Shown here: positions 17,162-26,598 of the stretch, one piece after another
How the letters are laid out: each line of letters begins with the position of its first letter
How positions within the stretch are numbered: the stretch's first letter is position 1
Source of the DNA: Flavobacteriales bacterium
Lineage (GTDB): Bacteria; Bacteroidota; Bacteroidia; Flavobacteriales_F; PHOS-HE28
Length of the DNA stretch: 64,000 nt
Direction of reading: 5' to 3'
Assembly: GCA_041745875.1 (NCBI GenBank)
Contig: JBGTIB010000306.1
Span: 298 to 64,297, forward strand
The notes under the pieces: generated by a model
Told to the model about the DNA's origin: nothing
What the model saw: the letters and a program-made list of their open reading frames with translations, nothing else
The model's database searches: none
Program-made: the position numbers and the translations under genes

Positions 17162-20100
17162 GCCTCAGCCCCGATCGGTTTCACTGACCCGTGTCCATCA
17201 GCACCGTGCAGCACTGGTTGCGGTTTCTTCAGGTCCACCACGGGCACGAAGCGGTACAGCACCTTTACCAGCAACAGGAACATCACCGGCACGATCACCA
17301 GGGTGAGGAAGGTGGCGAAGATGAGCCCGAAGATGACCGTCCAGCTCATGGGTCCCCAGAACACCACGTTGTCGCCGCCGATGAAGACCTGCGGATCGAG
17401 GTGGGTGAAGAGCGTGAAGAAGTTGATGTTGAGCCCGATCGCCAGGGGCATCAGGCCCAGTACGGTGGTGATGGCCGTGAGCAGCACAGGGCGCAGGCGA
17501 CGCGTACCGGCCTCTTCGATCGCACGCAGTACCTCGTGCATCGGCAGGCGTTGCTCGTCGCGAAGTCCCAGTTCGGCCTTCCGGCGGTTCTGCATCAACA
17601 TCATGAAGTCGATGAGCACGATGCTGTTGTTCACCACGATGCCCGCCAGGGAGATGATGCCCACCATGGTCATCATGATCACGAACTCCATGCGGAAGAT
17701 CACGAGTCCCATGAATACGCCGATCAAACTGAAGACCACCGAGCTGACGATGATCGCGGGGATGGCCGCGCTGTTGAACTGCGCCACGATGATCATGAAC
17801 ACCAGGAACACAGCGATCATCAATGCGGTGCTGAGGAAAGCCATCTGCTTTTCCTGCTCCTTCATTTCACCGGTGAACTCATAGGTGTACGCGGGATCCT
17901 TCTGGTAATCCTGCATGGCGTGCTGCACCTTGCCCACCACTTCGGCAGGGTTGAAGTCGCCGAGCACGTTGCTCTGCACCTGCACCATGCGGTCCAGGTT
18001 CTTGCGCTTCACCGCGCTGTAAGTACTGGTGTATCGCGTGGTGGCCAATGCGCTGATGGGCACCTGGCGGATCTTGCCATCGGCCTGGTCGCGGAAGGTG
18101 ATGCGCATGCTGGTGAGCACTTCCGGGTCGTAGCGGTACTGGTCCATCAGCCGCAGGTTCACAGGGTAGTCGTCCTCGCCTTCCTTGTAGGTGCTCACCT
18201 CGCGGCCGTAGAGCGCGGTGCGGATGGCATCGCCGATGGCATAGGTGCTCACGTTGTAGCGGCGCGCCTTGCTGCGGTCGATCTCCACGGGCATCTCGGG
18301 CTTGCCCAGTTCGATGTCGAGCTTCAACTCCTCCACACCGGCGATGTGCTGACCGATCAAGAACTGGCGCAGACGTTCGCCCTCGGCGATCAAGCCGTTC
18401 ACATCCTCACCCTTGATCTCGATGTTGATCGGCTTGCCCACCGGCGGACCGGCGGCATCCTTATCCACTACCATGGTCACGCCGGGCACGCCGCGCACGG
18501 CTTCGCGGATGGCCTCCATCACTTCCAATGTGTTGATGCCACGTCGCTCCGAGGACTTCACGAAGCTGACCTGCACGCGGGCCTTGTGCGGTGTGGCATC
18601 GAAGCTGGGCCCTGCCATGGGGTCGCTGGTGCCTTCGCCCACCTGCGCGATCAGCGAGCTGACCATGAAGTTGTGCAGGCCTTTCTGCACGGTGCCATCG
18701 GGCAGCGTATCGCTGATCTCCTCGTTGTATCGGGGGTCGCTCAGCACCTTGAAGATCCGCTCCTCCACCACGCGCGTGGTGAGGTCCGTTTCGCCGATGT
18801 CGGTGCCGATCGGTTTTTCGATGAACACGTTCACGTAGAGCGGTTCGTTCACCGGGAAGAAGAGCGTCTTGGGCGGGAACACTCCAACGAGCATGAAGGA
18901 GAAGAACAGCAGGCCGATGGTGCCCAGGAACATCCAGCGGGGCCGCGTGCCTTGCAGGGCCCACGCCAGGAAGCTGCGGTACTTGTCCTCCAGCCGCGGC
19001 ATGGTCACCGTCTGGAAACGCACCGAGGCCGGGTAAAGGAAATAGTGGTTGAGGAAACCGAAGAGCCCGAAGGCCAGCATCAGGTTGCCCAAAGTGAAGA
19101 GGGATCGTATCTCACCGAAGTATCCCAGCAGGCTGAAGACAAGACCGAGACCGGTCATCCAAGGGCCCACGGTGAAGGTGAGGAAACGTGTGGGCCCGTC
19201 CTGCGCCACCCGCATGTAGCGCGAGGCGAGCATGGGGTTGACGATAAGTCCCACGAACAGCGATGAGCCGAGCACCACCATCAGTGTGATGGGCAGGTAC
19301 TTCATGAACTCGCCCATGATGCCGGGCCAGAAGATCAGCGGAATGAACACCGCGACGGTGGTGGCCGTGCTGGCGATGATGGGCATGGCCACTTCGCCGA
19401 TGCCGTTCTTGGCGGCACGCAGGGGCGATTGCCCTTCGCTCATCAGGCGGTGGGTGTTCTCGATCACCACGATGCCATTGTCCACCAACATGCCCAATGC
19501 GAGCACGAGGCTGAAGAGCACCATCATATTGAGGGTGTAGCCCATGGAGCTGAGTACGATGAAGCTCAGCAGCATGCTCATGGGGATCGCAATGCCGACG
19601 AACAGGGCGTTGCGCAGACCCAGGAAGAACATGAGCACGCCCACCACCAGCAGGATCCCGAAGATGATGCTGTTCTCCAGTTCGTCCACCTGGGTGCGGG
19701 TCTGATCGCTCATGTCCCCCGTAAGTGTCACGTGCAGGTCCGCGGGGAACACGCTGCGCTCAAAGCGGCCGATGAGCGCCTTGATGCTGTCGGCGGCCAC
19801 CAGCAGGTTGCGTCCACTGCGCTTCATCACATCGATCATCACCACCGGTTGTCCATATTCCCGGGCGAAACTGGTGGGCTCCACATAGGTGAAGGCCACC
19901 TCGGCGATCTCGCCCAGGCGCACAATGTCCAGGTTCTCCTGTTTCACGATGATGGAACGCACCTGGTCCATGTCGGTGAACTCGCCGTTCACGCTCACGG
20001 TGCGGCGCAGTCCGTCCACCAGCACCTCACCCCCGCTGATGCTCACGTTCTCGCTCTGCACCGCCGAGGCCACATCGCCAAAGGAGATCTCACGTGCCTC

Positions 20101-20724
20101 CATCTTACGCAGGTCGAGGCTGATGCGCACCTCCTTTTTGGGCACGCCACGCAGTTCCACCTTGCTCACCTCCGGCAGGTCCTCGATCTTGTCCTCCAGC
20201 ATTTCGGCCCACTTGTTCAATTGGTCGATGCTGTAGTCGCCACTAAGGTTGATGTTGAGGATGGGCATGATCTCCGAGAAGTTCATCTCGAAGACATTGG
20301 GTTCGGCTGGCAGATCGGTCGGGAAATCGGGGTCGGCCTTGGCCTTGTCCACGGCATCCTTCACCTTGCGCAAGGCCTCGGAAGGCGTCACGTTGAAATC
20401 GAACTTCACGTGGATGGTGCTGAAGCCCTGCACACTGGTGCTGAGGACCTCATCGATGCCGGTGATGGTCTTGATCTCCTTCTCCAGAGGTCGGGTGATG
20501 AGCTTCTCCATGTCGTCCGGTGCGTTGCCGGGGTAGATGGTGCTCACGTAGATCTCCGGTGTCACCACCTCGGGGAATGCCTCGCGCGGCATGGTGTTGT
20601 AGGCGCTGAAACCGATGATGGCGATGAGGATGGACAGCACCATCACGGTGGCGCGGTTGTCAACGGCCCACGAGCTGATCGCGAAGCGTTTGTCCTGTAT
20701 GCTGTTGCCGTTGTCTTGTGACAT
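17158..20724 (-). CDS. efflux RND transporter permease subunit (AcrB/CzcA superfamily)
   Basis: 1188 aa; FAISSWAVDNRATVMVLSILIAIIG N-terminal TM; 12-TM / two-large-loop layout; LVDNGIVVIEN-type motifs. Confidence 0.9.
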   Translation of the reverse strand: MSQDNGNSIQDKRFAISSWAVDNRATVMVLSILIAIIGFSAYNTMPREAFPEVVTPEIYVSTIYPGNAPDDMEKLITRPLEKEIKTITGIDEVLSTSVQGFSTIHVKFDFNVTPSEALRKVKDAVDKAKADPDFPTDLPAEPNVFEMNFSEIMPILNINLSGDYSIDQLNKWAEMLEDKIEDLPEVSKVELRGVPKKEVRISLDLRKMEAREISFGDVASAVQSENVSISGGEVLVDGLRRTVSVNGEFTDMDQVRSIIVKQENLDIVRLGEIAEVAFTYVEPTSFAREYGQPVVMIDVMKRSGRNLLVAADSIKALIGRFERSVFPADLHVTLTGDMSDQTRTQVDELENSIIFGILLVVGVLMFFLGLRNALFVGIAIPMSMLLSFIVLSSMGYTLNMMVLFSLVLALGMLVDNGIVVIENTHRLMSEGQSPLRAAKNGIGEVAMPIIASTATTVAVFIPLIFWPGIMGEFMKYLPITLMVVLGSSLFVGLIVNPMLASRYMRVAQDGPTRFLTFTVGPWMTGLGLVFSLLGYFGEIRSLFTLGNLMLAFGLFGFLNHYFLYPASVRFQTVTMPRLEDKYRSFLAWALQGTRPRWMFLGTIGLLFFSFMLVGVFPPKTLFFPVNEPLYVNVFIEKPIGTDIGETDLTTRVVEERIFKVLSDPRYNEEISDTLPDGTVQKGLHNFMVSSLIAQVGEGTSDPMAGPSFDATPHKARVQVSFVKSSERRGINTLEVMEAIREAVRGVPGVTMVVDKDAAGPPVGKPINIEIKGEDVNGLIAEGERLRQFLIGQHIAGVEELKLDIELGKPEMPVEIDRSKARRYNVSTYAIGDAIRTALYGREVSTYKEGEDDYPVNLRLMDQYRYDPEVLTSMRITFRDQADGKIRQVPISALATTRYTSTYSAVKRKNLDRMVQVQSNVLGDFNPAEVVGKVQHAMQDYQKDPAYTYEFTGEMKEQEKQMAFLSTALMIAVFLVFMIIVAQFNSAAIPAIIVSSVVFSLIGVFMGLVIFRMEFVIMMTMVGIISLAGIVVNNSIVLIDFMMLMQNRRKAELGLRDEQRLPMHEVLRAIEEAGTRRLRPVLLTAITTVLGLMPLAIGLNINFFTLFTHLDPQVFIGGDNVVFWGPMSWTVIFGLIFATFLTLVIVPVMFLLLVKVLYRFVPVVDLKKPQPVLHGADGHGSVKPIGAEA

Positions 20725-20775
20725 GGTGTGCGTTCGTTGTAGCGTCAGCGCTTGTCTTCCGGTCCTTCAGTGGTC

Positions 20776-20995
20776 GTAGGTCGACCCGGTGGGTCGACGG
20801 TACAGGTGGTGTTGGTAATATGCTTCTGGCCAGTTGTCGTTGCGCACAGCACTGTAGGTCGACCCACTGGGTCGACGGTACAGTTGCCATGGGGAACGTT
20901 TTGCAGGCCAGCTGTCGTTGCGCACAGCACTGTAGGTCGACCCGGTGGGTCGACGCTACGGGTGCCATGGGAAACGTATTGCAGGCCTGCTGACA
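20776..20995. repeat. three tandem 78-bp repeats, each with a GTCGACCCnnTGGGTCGAC hairpin
   Basis: Units start at 20776, 20854 and 20932; they share gtaggtcgaccc..tgggtcgacg.tac and gtcgttgcgcacagcact; located between the adaptor stop and the pump start. Confidence 0.85.
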
Positions 20996-22150
20996 TCATG
21001 CACCCCTTAACACCTGTACCTCCTGTTTATCAACCACCAGACGTGATCCCTGATCGATCAGCGTATCGCCGCTTTTCAGCGCAGTGCCTTCGCTGTCCAG
21101 CAGCAGTTCGCCACCCTGGTTGCTGAGCACCTTCACTTGCACCTTCCGGCTGCGCATGGTGCCATCCTTCTCCTCCAGTATATACACGTAGCTCTCGCCT
21201 GTGCTGTTCTCCATCACCAGGCGGCTGGGCACCACCAGGGCATCGGACACGTCCATGTCGCGGATACGCACGTTGGCCAGCTGGTTGGGGCGCAATTTGG
21301 TGCCGTTCTCCATGCGAAGGTTCACTTTGAAGCTGCGGTTGTTGGGGTTGATGTACTGACCGATCTGGTCGATGGTGGCGGCGATCGTATCGTTGGTCTC
21401 GGGAATGATCACCTGCACGGGATCGCCCATCGTCACCTTGGTCAGCAGGTCCTCGGCGAGGTCCACCTCGATGCTCGCCTTGCCTAGTGCAACCACACGG
21501 GCCACGGGTTGCATGGGGTTGGCCATGTCGCCCAGGTTGGGGAAGATCTCGTCCACCACGCCATCGAATGGCGCGATGATCTGGGCGCTGTGGAGTTGAT
21601 CCTTCAGTGCCGAGAGCTGTGCTTCGCCTGCTTCCTTACGGCTCTTCGCTTCAAGGAACTGCACCTCGCTCCCGACCTTCTGATCCCACAATTTCGCTTG
21701 GCGCTCGAAAACGGTACGGGCCAACTCCACATTCACCTCCGCCTGCTGGATGTTCTGGCGCAGGGCATCGGTGTTGATGTCCACGATCGCCTGTCCCCTG
21801 CGCACGGACTGCCCTTGTTGCACCAGGATCCGGCGTACCTCACCACCGGTGGAACTGTAGATCAGCGCGTTCTGGTCGGCACGCACGCTGCCATGCGCTT
21901 CGGTCCAGTGCGCGAACTCGCGCGGTTGCAGAACATAGGTCGTCACCATGGGCAGGGTGCGCTGTTGCTCGGGGTCGTTCTTCGCCAGCCAGGCCTCCAC
22001 CTTGGCGATGTCGGCATTGAGCGCTTCGCGCGCGGTCTTCAGTGAGTCACGCTCGCTGCGTTTGGCGACCACTTCTGCGTCGATGTCGCTACTGCCGCCG
22101 CAACCGGCCAGCACGGCGATGATCAGGAAGGGGAGGAGGATGGTTCTCAT
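20996..22150 (-). CDS. efflux RND periplasmic adaptor (MFP) lipoprotein
   Basis: Start moved to MRTILLPFLIIAVLAGCGG (lipobox LAGC); coiled-coil, lipoyl and beta-barrel pattern (IIAPFDGVV, VQVIIPE). Confidence 0.85.
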   Translation of the reverse strand: MRTILLPFLIIAVLAGCGGSSDIDAEVVAKRSERDSLKTAREALNADIAKVEAWLAKNDPEQQRTLPMVTTYVLQPREFAHWTEAHGSVRADQNALIYSSTGGEVRRILVQQGQSVRRGQAIVDINTDALRQNIQQAEVNVELARTVFERQAKLWDQKVGSEVQFLEAKSRKEAGEAQLSALKDQLHSAQIIAPFDGVVDEIFPNLGDMANPMQPVARVVALGKASIEVDLAEDLLTKVTMGDPVQVIIPETNDTIAATIDQIGQYINPNNRSFKVNLRMENGTKLRPNQLANVRIRDMDVSDALVVPSRLVMENSTGESYVYILEEKDGTMRSRKVQVKVLSNQGGELLLDSEGTALKSGDTLIDQGSRLVVDKQEVQVLRGA

Positions 22151-22170
22151 GAGGGTCGTGGAGTGCGTGT

Positions 22171-23505
22171 TCAGAAACGATCGAGTGCTTTGCGTAGTTC
22201 GGCGCGGGCGTTCACCAGGTCCACCAGTCGTTGGATGTAGCTCTGCTGGGTGGTGATGTACTGGTTCTGCTCCTGGGTCAGTTCGAAGCTGGAGGCCACC
22301 CCTTCGGTGAACTTCAGACTGGTACGGTCGAAGACGCGGCGCGAGAGTTCCATGCGTTCCTTCTCGTTGCGGTAGAGGTTCTGCGCGGTGATCACGTCGG
22401 AACGACGCTGGGCATGTTCCAGCTCCAGTCGCTGGGTGGTGAGTTCCAGGTTCACCTCGGCCTGTTGCTGTCCGAGCTTCATCTGCGCCACCTTGCTGGC
22501 ACGCATGCCACTGCTGAAGATGGGGACGTTGAGCTGCAGGCCCCAGAGCGTGGCCGGGAACCAGGGGATGGGCCCATCGATGGGTTCGAAGGTGTTGGCA
22601 TTCCATTGCTGCTGATGGCTGAAGTAACCGCTGAGACTGGGCATGTAGGCGGCCCGGGCGTTCTTCAACTCCAGCGCGCTGGCGCGGATGTAGGTGTTGG
22701 CGATGCGCTGGTCGATATGCCGTTCGCGGTCCATGGGTTCCTCGGCCAGGGCCATTTCCGCCGGGTCGTTGATCAGCTTCTCCAGGTCGTCGGTCAGTTC
22801 GATCGGAGCGCTCAGGGGCATGCCCAGCATGAAGCGCAGGTAGTTCCGGGCCAGTTCAGCCTGGCGCTCGAACACCATTTGCTGGTCGCGCGCACTGGCC
22901 ACCTCGATGCGCAGGCGGTCCACGTCGGTCTCCTCCATGAAACCGTTCTCGTACATGATCTCGCTGTCGCTGAGGCTGCGCTCCAGTACGGGCAGCACCT
23001 CGCCCAGAAGCCGGCTGCCCTCGTCGGCCGCGAGCACACCGTAGTAGGCCTTTGCGGCCTGCACGCGGGTGTCCTTCACGTTGCGCTCCAGTTCCTCGTC
23101 GGCCATCTTGCGGCCTTCCTTGGCGGCCTGCAGCCCCACCAGATAGCTGCCATCGAAGATCAACTGATCGAGGCGCACACCACCGTTGGCGCTCCAGGGC
23201 AGCCCGAACTGTGCTTCGATGAACTCGGGTCCGCTGCCGAAGAAGTTGGGGATCACCTGCGTGGGCACGTCCAGGTAGTTCAACACCGACCCCGAGGCGC
23301 TTACCTGCGGCAGACCGATGGCGATCACCTCTTTGATGCGCGCCCGTGCCTTGTCGGCCTCCAGCTCGCTGTTCTGCACCTGGTAGCTCTGTTTGGCTGC
23401 CAGGTCCACGGCCTGTTGCAGGCTGAGCTGCACGGGGCCCTGGGCAAGGACGGGGAGGGCGATCAAGGCCCAAAGACCGGAGAGTAGGATCGTGCGCATG
23501 TTCAT
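22171..23505 (-). CDS. TolC family outer membrane efflux protein
   Basis: Signal peptide; LSLQQAVDLA start and two repeat halves typical of OEP/TolC. Confidence 0.85.
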   Translation of the reverse strand: MNMRTILLSGLWALIALPVLAQGPVQLSLQQAVDLAAKQSYQVQNSELEADKARARIKEVIAIGLPQVSASGSVLNYLDVPTQVIPNFFGSGPEFIEAQFGLPWSANGGVRLDQLIFDGSYLVGLQAAKEGRKMADEELERNVKDTRVQAAKAYYGVLAADEGSRLLGEVLPVLERSLSDSEIMYENGFMEETDVDRLRIEVASARDQQMVFERQAELARNYLRFMLGMPLSAPIELTDDLEKLINDPAEMALAEEPMDRERHIDQRIANTYIRASALELKNARAAYMPSLSGYFSHQQQWNANTFEPIDGPIPWFPATLWGLQLNVPIFSSGMRASKVAQMKLGQQQAEVNLELTTQRLELEHAQRRSDVITAQNLYRNEKERMELSRRVFDRTSLKFTEGVASSFELTQEQNQYITTQQSYIQRLVDLVNARAELRKALDRF

Positions 23506-24146
23506 TTGCGGGTCGCCGTGGTGACCGGCGTGACGTTTCGTTCCTTCAGCACCTTCTTCATCAGGTACTTCCGCCCCTTGTCGCTGGCGATGCCGCGGAT
23601 GTGGTAGCGGAACAGTTCCCAGATCACATCCTCGAAGCGGTATTTGTCCGACGGGAAAAGCTCCCCATCGAAGGTGACATCGAAGCGTGAGATGTAGATG
23701 CGTGCGATGATGTCGATGTCGAGGTCATCGCGGTAGAGGCCTTCTGCGATGCCCTTCTTAAGATTCCCGGAAATGCACCGGTAGATATCCGCACGCTCGG
23801 TGCTCTCCAGCAGGTCCCAGGCCTCGGGGTGGTACTTCTGGAGGTCGAAGTGTACGGAAGGGTGCACCTGGCCGACCTGCCCGGCCACCCAGCGGGCGAT
23901 CTCGAAGCTCTCGTCGATGGCATTATGGCCCTTGGCGCAGATGCCCATGATGCACGTATTGTGGTGTTCGGCGATCTGTTTCACCGTGCGTTGCACCAGT
24001 TCGTTCTTATCCTTCACGAACTGGTACAAGGTCTTCTTGCTGATGCGCAGATGCTGGGCGATGTCGTCCATGTTCACGCTTCGGATGCCGAGGCGCATGA
24101 AGATCTTGCCGGCTTCGGCGATGATGTGCTGTTCGCGTTCTTCCAT
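23502..24146 (-). CDS. TetR/AcrR family transcriptional regulator
   Basis: HTH IRSVNMDDIAQHLRISKKTLYQFVKDKNELV; start placed at MEEREQHII (Met27 of the ORF-track ORF); stop overlaps the TolC start (ATGA). Confidence 0.8.
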   Translation of the reverse strand: MEEREQHIIAEAGKIFMRLGIRSVNMDDIAQHLRISKKTLYQFVKDKNELVQRTVKQIAEHHNTCIMGICAKGHNAIDESFEIARWVAGQVGQVHPSVHFDLQKYHPEAWDLLESTERADIYRCISGNLKKGIAEGLYRDDLDIDIIARIYISRFDVTFDGELFPSDKYRFEDVIWELFRYHIRGIASDKGRKYLMKKVLKERNVTPVTTATRK

Positions 24147-24183
24147 TTCGACGGGTGGCAAAAGTAGGGTGCCCGGATACGAT

Positions 24184-24212
24184 GGAAACATTCCGCTCAT
24201 GTAAATGTTTCC
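24184..24212. promoter_or_regulatory. candidate TetR operator (inverted repeat)
   Basis: ggaaacat-N13-atgtttcc, 38-66 nt upstream of the proposed TetR start. Confidence 0.3.
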
Positions 24213-24460
24213 GCCGTTTATCACAATTCCCGGAAGTGCCCGATCTCAGGTGGGCTGAAAAGACCTGGGACCTCATGTAACAACAGCTGACCGCTTACTA
24301 CTTGTGTAGTATTCCGCCGATCATCATCGTGCTGGACCTTCGTGACCTCAGTATGTAGCATGGTCGAACAGGAACAAGGGGCGACCTTGAGGCCTTCAGG
24401 GAAGGGCGCATTGTACTTCCAATGAGATCCATCACCTTCACTTCGCCATCGGAACATATC

Positions 24461-26557
24461 ATGGAACGGAGCACGCGGTACTTCCTTTTAGGATCACTGA
24501 TGCTCCTTATGCTGCCAGCAGCCGCACAGGACCTGGACAGTTTGCGTCGGGTATGGTCGGATGGCACCAGACCTGACAGTGTACGCTTCCTGGCTTGCTA
24601 TGACCTTGTCTGGGACGGTTACCTCTTCAGTGATCCGGACAGCGCGTTGCTCCTTTCCGAGGACCTTCAGCGCCAGGCAAGAAGCAGGGGCTCCATCAAA
24701 TTCGACGCACTCGCCTTCGACCTGATGGCCGTTGCCTGGTACGTAAAGGGCGATATGCGGAAAGCACTTTCCATCTATGCCATATCGCTGCCAATGCATG
24801 AGGGCATCAACAACACCGAAAGCGTGGCCGACGTGATCGGGAACATGGCGACCATGCATTCCTTCCTGGGCGAGCATCAACAAGCATTGGAACTCTACGA
24901 CCGTGCCCTACGGATGCATACCAGCCAGGCCGATACATTGGGCATGGCCAACGATATCAATGCCATGGGGCGGGTGCATATGGTGCGTGGCGATCATGCG
25001 CGCGCCATGGAACACTATATCCGCAGCCTCCAAATGCTTCATGAATTGGGTAACGACCGCGGCATCGCCACTGGTCTTGCCAACCTCGGCACCGTATACC
25101 TTCTGCAAGGGGACTATGCCGCAGCATTGCCCAGGTTCAGCGAGGCTCTTGTAATAGCTGAGCGCCTTGGTGATCTGGACCAGGTCGCCGAGGACCTGGC
25201 CCAATTGGGCATCTGTCATAGTGAATTGGGCGATACGGCCAACGCCATGCGCTGCTATAACAGGGCGCTGAGGGTCAATGAGGAATTAGGCGACCAACGC
25301 GGGGTGGTGATGGTCATCAACAAGCTTGCTGATATGCGCCAGCAACAGCAGAACCAATCCGAAGCACTTGCGCTCTATCGAAGGTCGGCGGAGATCGCCG
25401 CTAGGAACGAACTGCCCTTCGGCCATGCCACCGCCCTGGTGGGGGCCGCCACCACCCTTCTGCAGCAAGGCCACGCGCGCGAAGCACTCTCCACCGCCCG
25501 CAAGGCCGATGAGGTGGCCCGTAATGCGGAGGACATCTCTCTGGAGCGCGATGCTGCCGAATTGCTCTATCGCACACACCGCACCCTTGGGAACATGGCC
25601 GAGGCCCTTGTCCACCACGAACGCTACCTCGTGCTACGTGACAGCATGATGCGCGAAGAGAACCAGCGAGAGACCCTTCGGAACCAGTTCGCATATGACC
25701 AGGAACGGAAGAGCCTGGCCGACAGCCTGGCCCTTCGTACTGAACGACTTCTACACGCAGCAGCAATGGCGACACAACGGTCGCGCAACCAGTTGCTTGT
25801 CGGCGTTCTCGTGATGATGGTGCTGCTCGCCATCGGCATCTGGTACCGCATGCGTTTCATGGCCAGGGCCAACCGCACCATCATGGCCGCACAGCAACAA
25901 GTTTTGGCCCTGGAACGGCAACGTGAAGCTGAAACGGTGCGCACCCGGATCGCCCGCGACATACACGATGACATGGGCGGGGCGATCACCAAGATCGGCA
26001 TGCTCAGTACCGAAGCACGCCGCCTGATCGAAGCCGATACCGCATCAGCCAGCGAAACCCTTGCGCGCATCAGTTCGGTCTCCCGCGACCTGGCCATCTC
26101 CTTGCAGGACGTGGTCTCAACAGTGGATCCGCGATCCGATGATGTTGCAGCGGTCGTGGCACAGGCGCGTACCATGGCCATCCGCCTGTTGGAAGGTAGC
26201 CCCTTGGAGGCGGAGCTGTATTTCACCCACGAAGGAGGAGCACGTTCACTGGATCCCGAGCGCAAGCGAAGCCTGCTGTTACTGCTGAAGGAGGCCATCA
26301 CCAATGTGCTCAAACATGCCGGGGCCACGATCGTACGGATCACACTCGCCACGGACGATGAGCGTTTCGAGCTGATCGTCTCGGACAACGGCAAGGGCTT
26401 CGATCCGGAAGGGACTTCCAGTGGAAATGGCATGCGCAATATGCGCGCACGGGCAAGCTCGCTAGGGGCCGAACTGGAATTAAGGACCGCAACGGGACAA
26501 GGATGCACCGTGCAAGTACGCGGACCATTGCACGCATCACCTCTACTACCGAAGTAG
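24461..26557 (+). CDS. TPR-repeat sensor histidine kinase (HisKA_3 + HATPase_c)
   Basis: Signal peptide MERSTRYFLLGSLMLLMLPAAAQ; multiple TPR-like units (A..Y..AL.......D); TM LLVGVLVMMVLLAIGIWY; RIARDIHDDMGGAITKI (H-box); GNGMRNMRARA..LG. Confidence 0.85.
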   Translation: MERSTRYFLLGSLMLLMLPAAAQDLDSLRRVWSDGTRPDSVRFLACYDLVWDGYLFSDPDSALLLSEDLQRQARSRGSIKFDALAFDLMAVAWYVKGDMRKALSIYAISLPMHEGINNTESVADVIGNMATMHSFLGEHQQALELYDRALRMHTSQADTLGMANDINAMGRVHMVRGDHARAMEHYIRSLQMLHELGNDRGIATGLANLGTVYLLQGDYAAALPRFSEALVIAERLGDLDQVAEDLAQLGICHSELGDTANAMRCYNRALRVNEELGDQRGVVMVINKLADMRQQQQNQSEALALYRRSAEIAARNELPFGHATALVGAATTLLQQGHAREALSTARKADEVARNAEDISLERDAAELLYRTHRTLGNMAEALVHHERYLVLRDSMMREENQRETLRNQFAYDQERKSLADSLALRTERLLHAAAMATQRSRNQLLVGVLVMMVLLAIGIWYRMRFMARANRTIMAAQQQVLALERQREAETVRTRIARDIHDDMGGAITKIGMLSTEARRLIEADTASASETLARISSVSRDLAISLQDVVSTVDPRSDDVAAVVAQARTMAIRLLEGSPLEAELYFTHEGGARSLDPERKRSLLLLLKEAITNVLKHAGATIVRITLATDDERFELIVSDNGKGFDPEGTSSGNGMRNMRARASSLGAELELRTATGQGCTVQVRGPLHASPLLPK

Positions 26558-26598
26558 TATTCCAGAAGCCTTTACCACCATACAACTTTGCCAACCTC

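Noticed and set aside
17191-20721. Long plus-strand ORFs (691 aa at 17191-19266, 430 aa at 19429-20721, plus several of 100-170 aa) opposite the RND pump gene
   Set aside because: They are antisense to a confidently identified 1188-aa RND permease. They have His/Gly/Ala/Asp/Arg-rich low-complexity composition, typical of stop-poor antisense frames in GC-rich DNA. No motifs were recognised.
20776-20995. CRISPR array (also considered for the 85-bp repeats at 5743-5921)
   Set aside because: There are only 2-3 units arranged head-to-tail without unique spacers of CRISPR size. The unit lengths (78 and 85-94 bp) do not fit, and no cas genes are present.
20996-22606. N-terminal extensions suggested by the ORF track (MFP ORF to 22606; also 11740, 43781, 47321, 50713, 55021, 57863, 59239, 24224, 26503, 28449, 29183)
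   Set aside because: The extensions overlap upstream genes or conserved non-coding motifs and precede an internal Met followed by a clear signal peptide, lipobox or domain start. For the two AraC genes the extensions are in different frames relative to the conserved upstream DNA.
22231-23487. 418-aa plus-strand ORF opposite the TolC-family gene, and similar antisense ORFs opposite the adaptor gene
   Set aside because: Same reasoning: they mirror a well-supported gene and have low-complexity composition.
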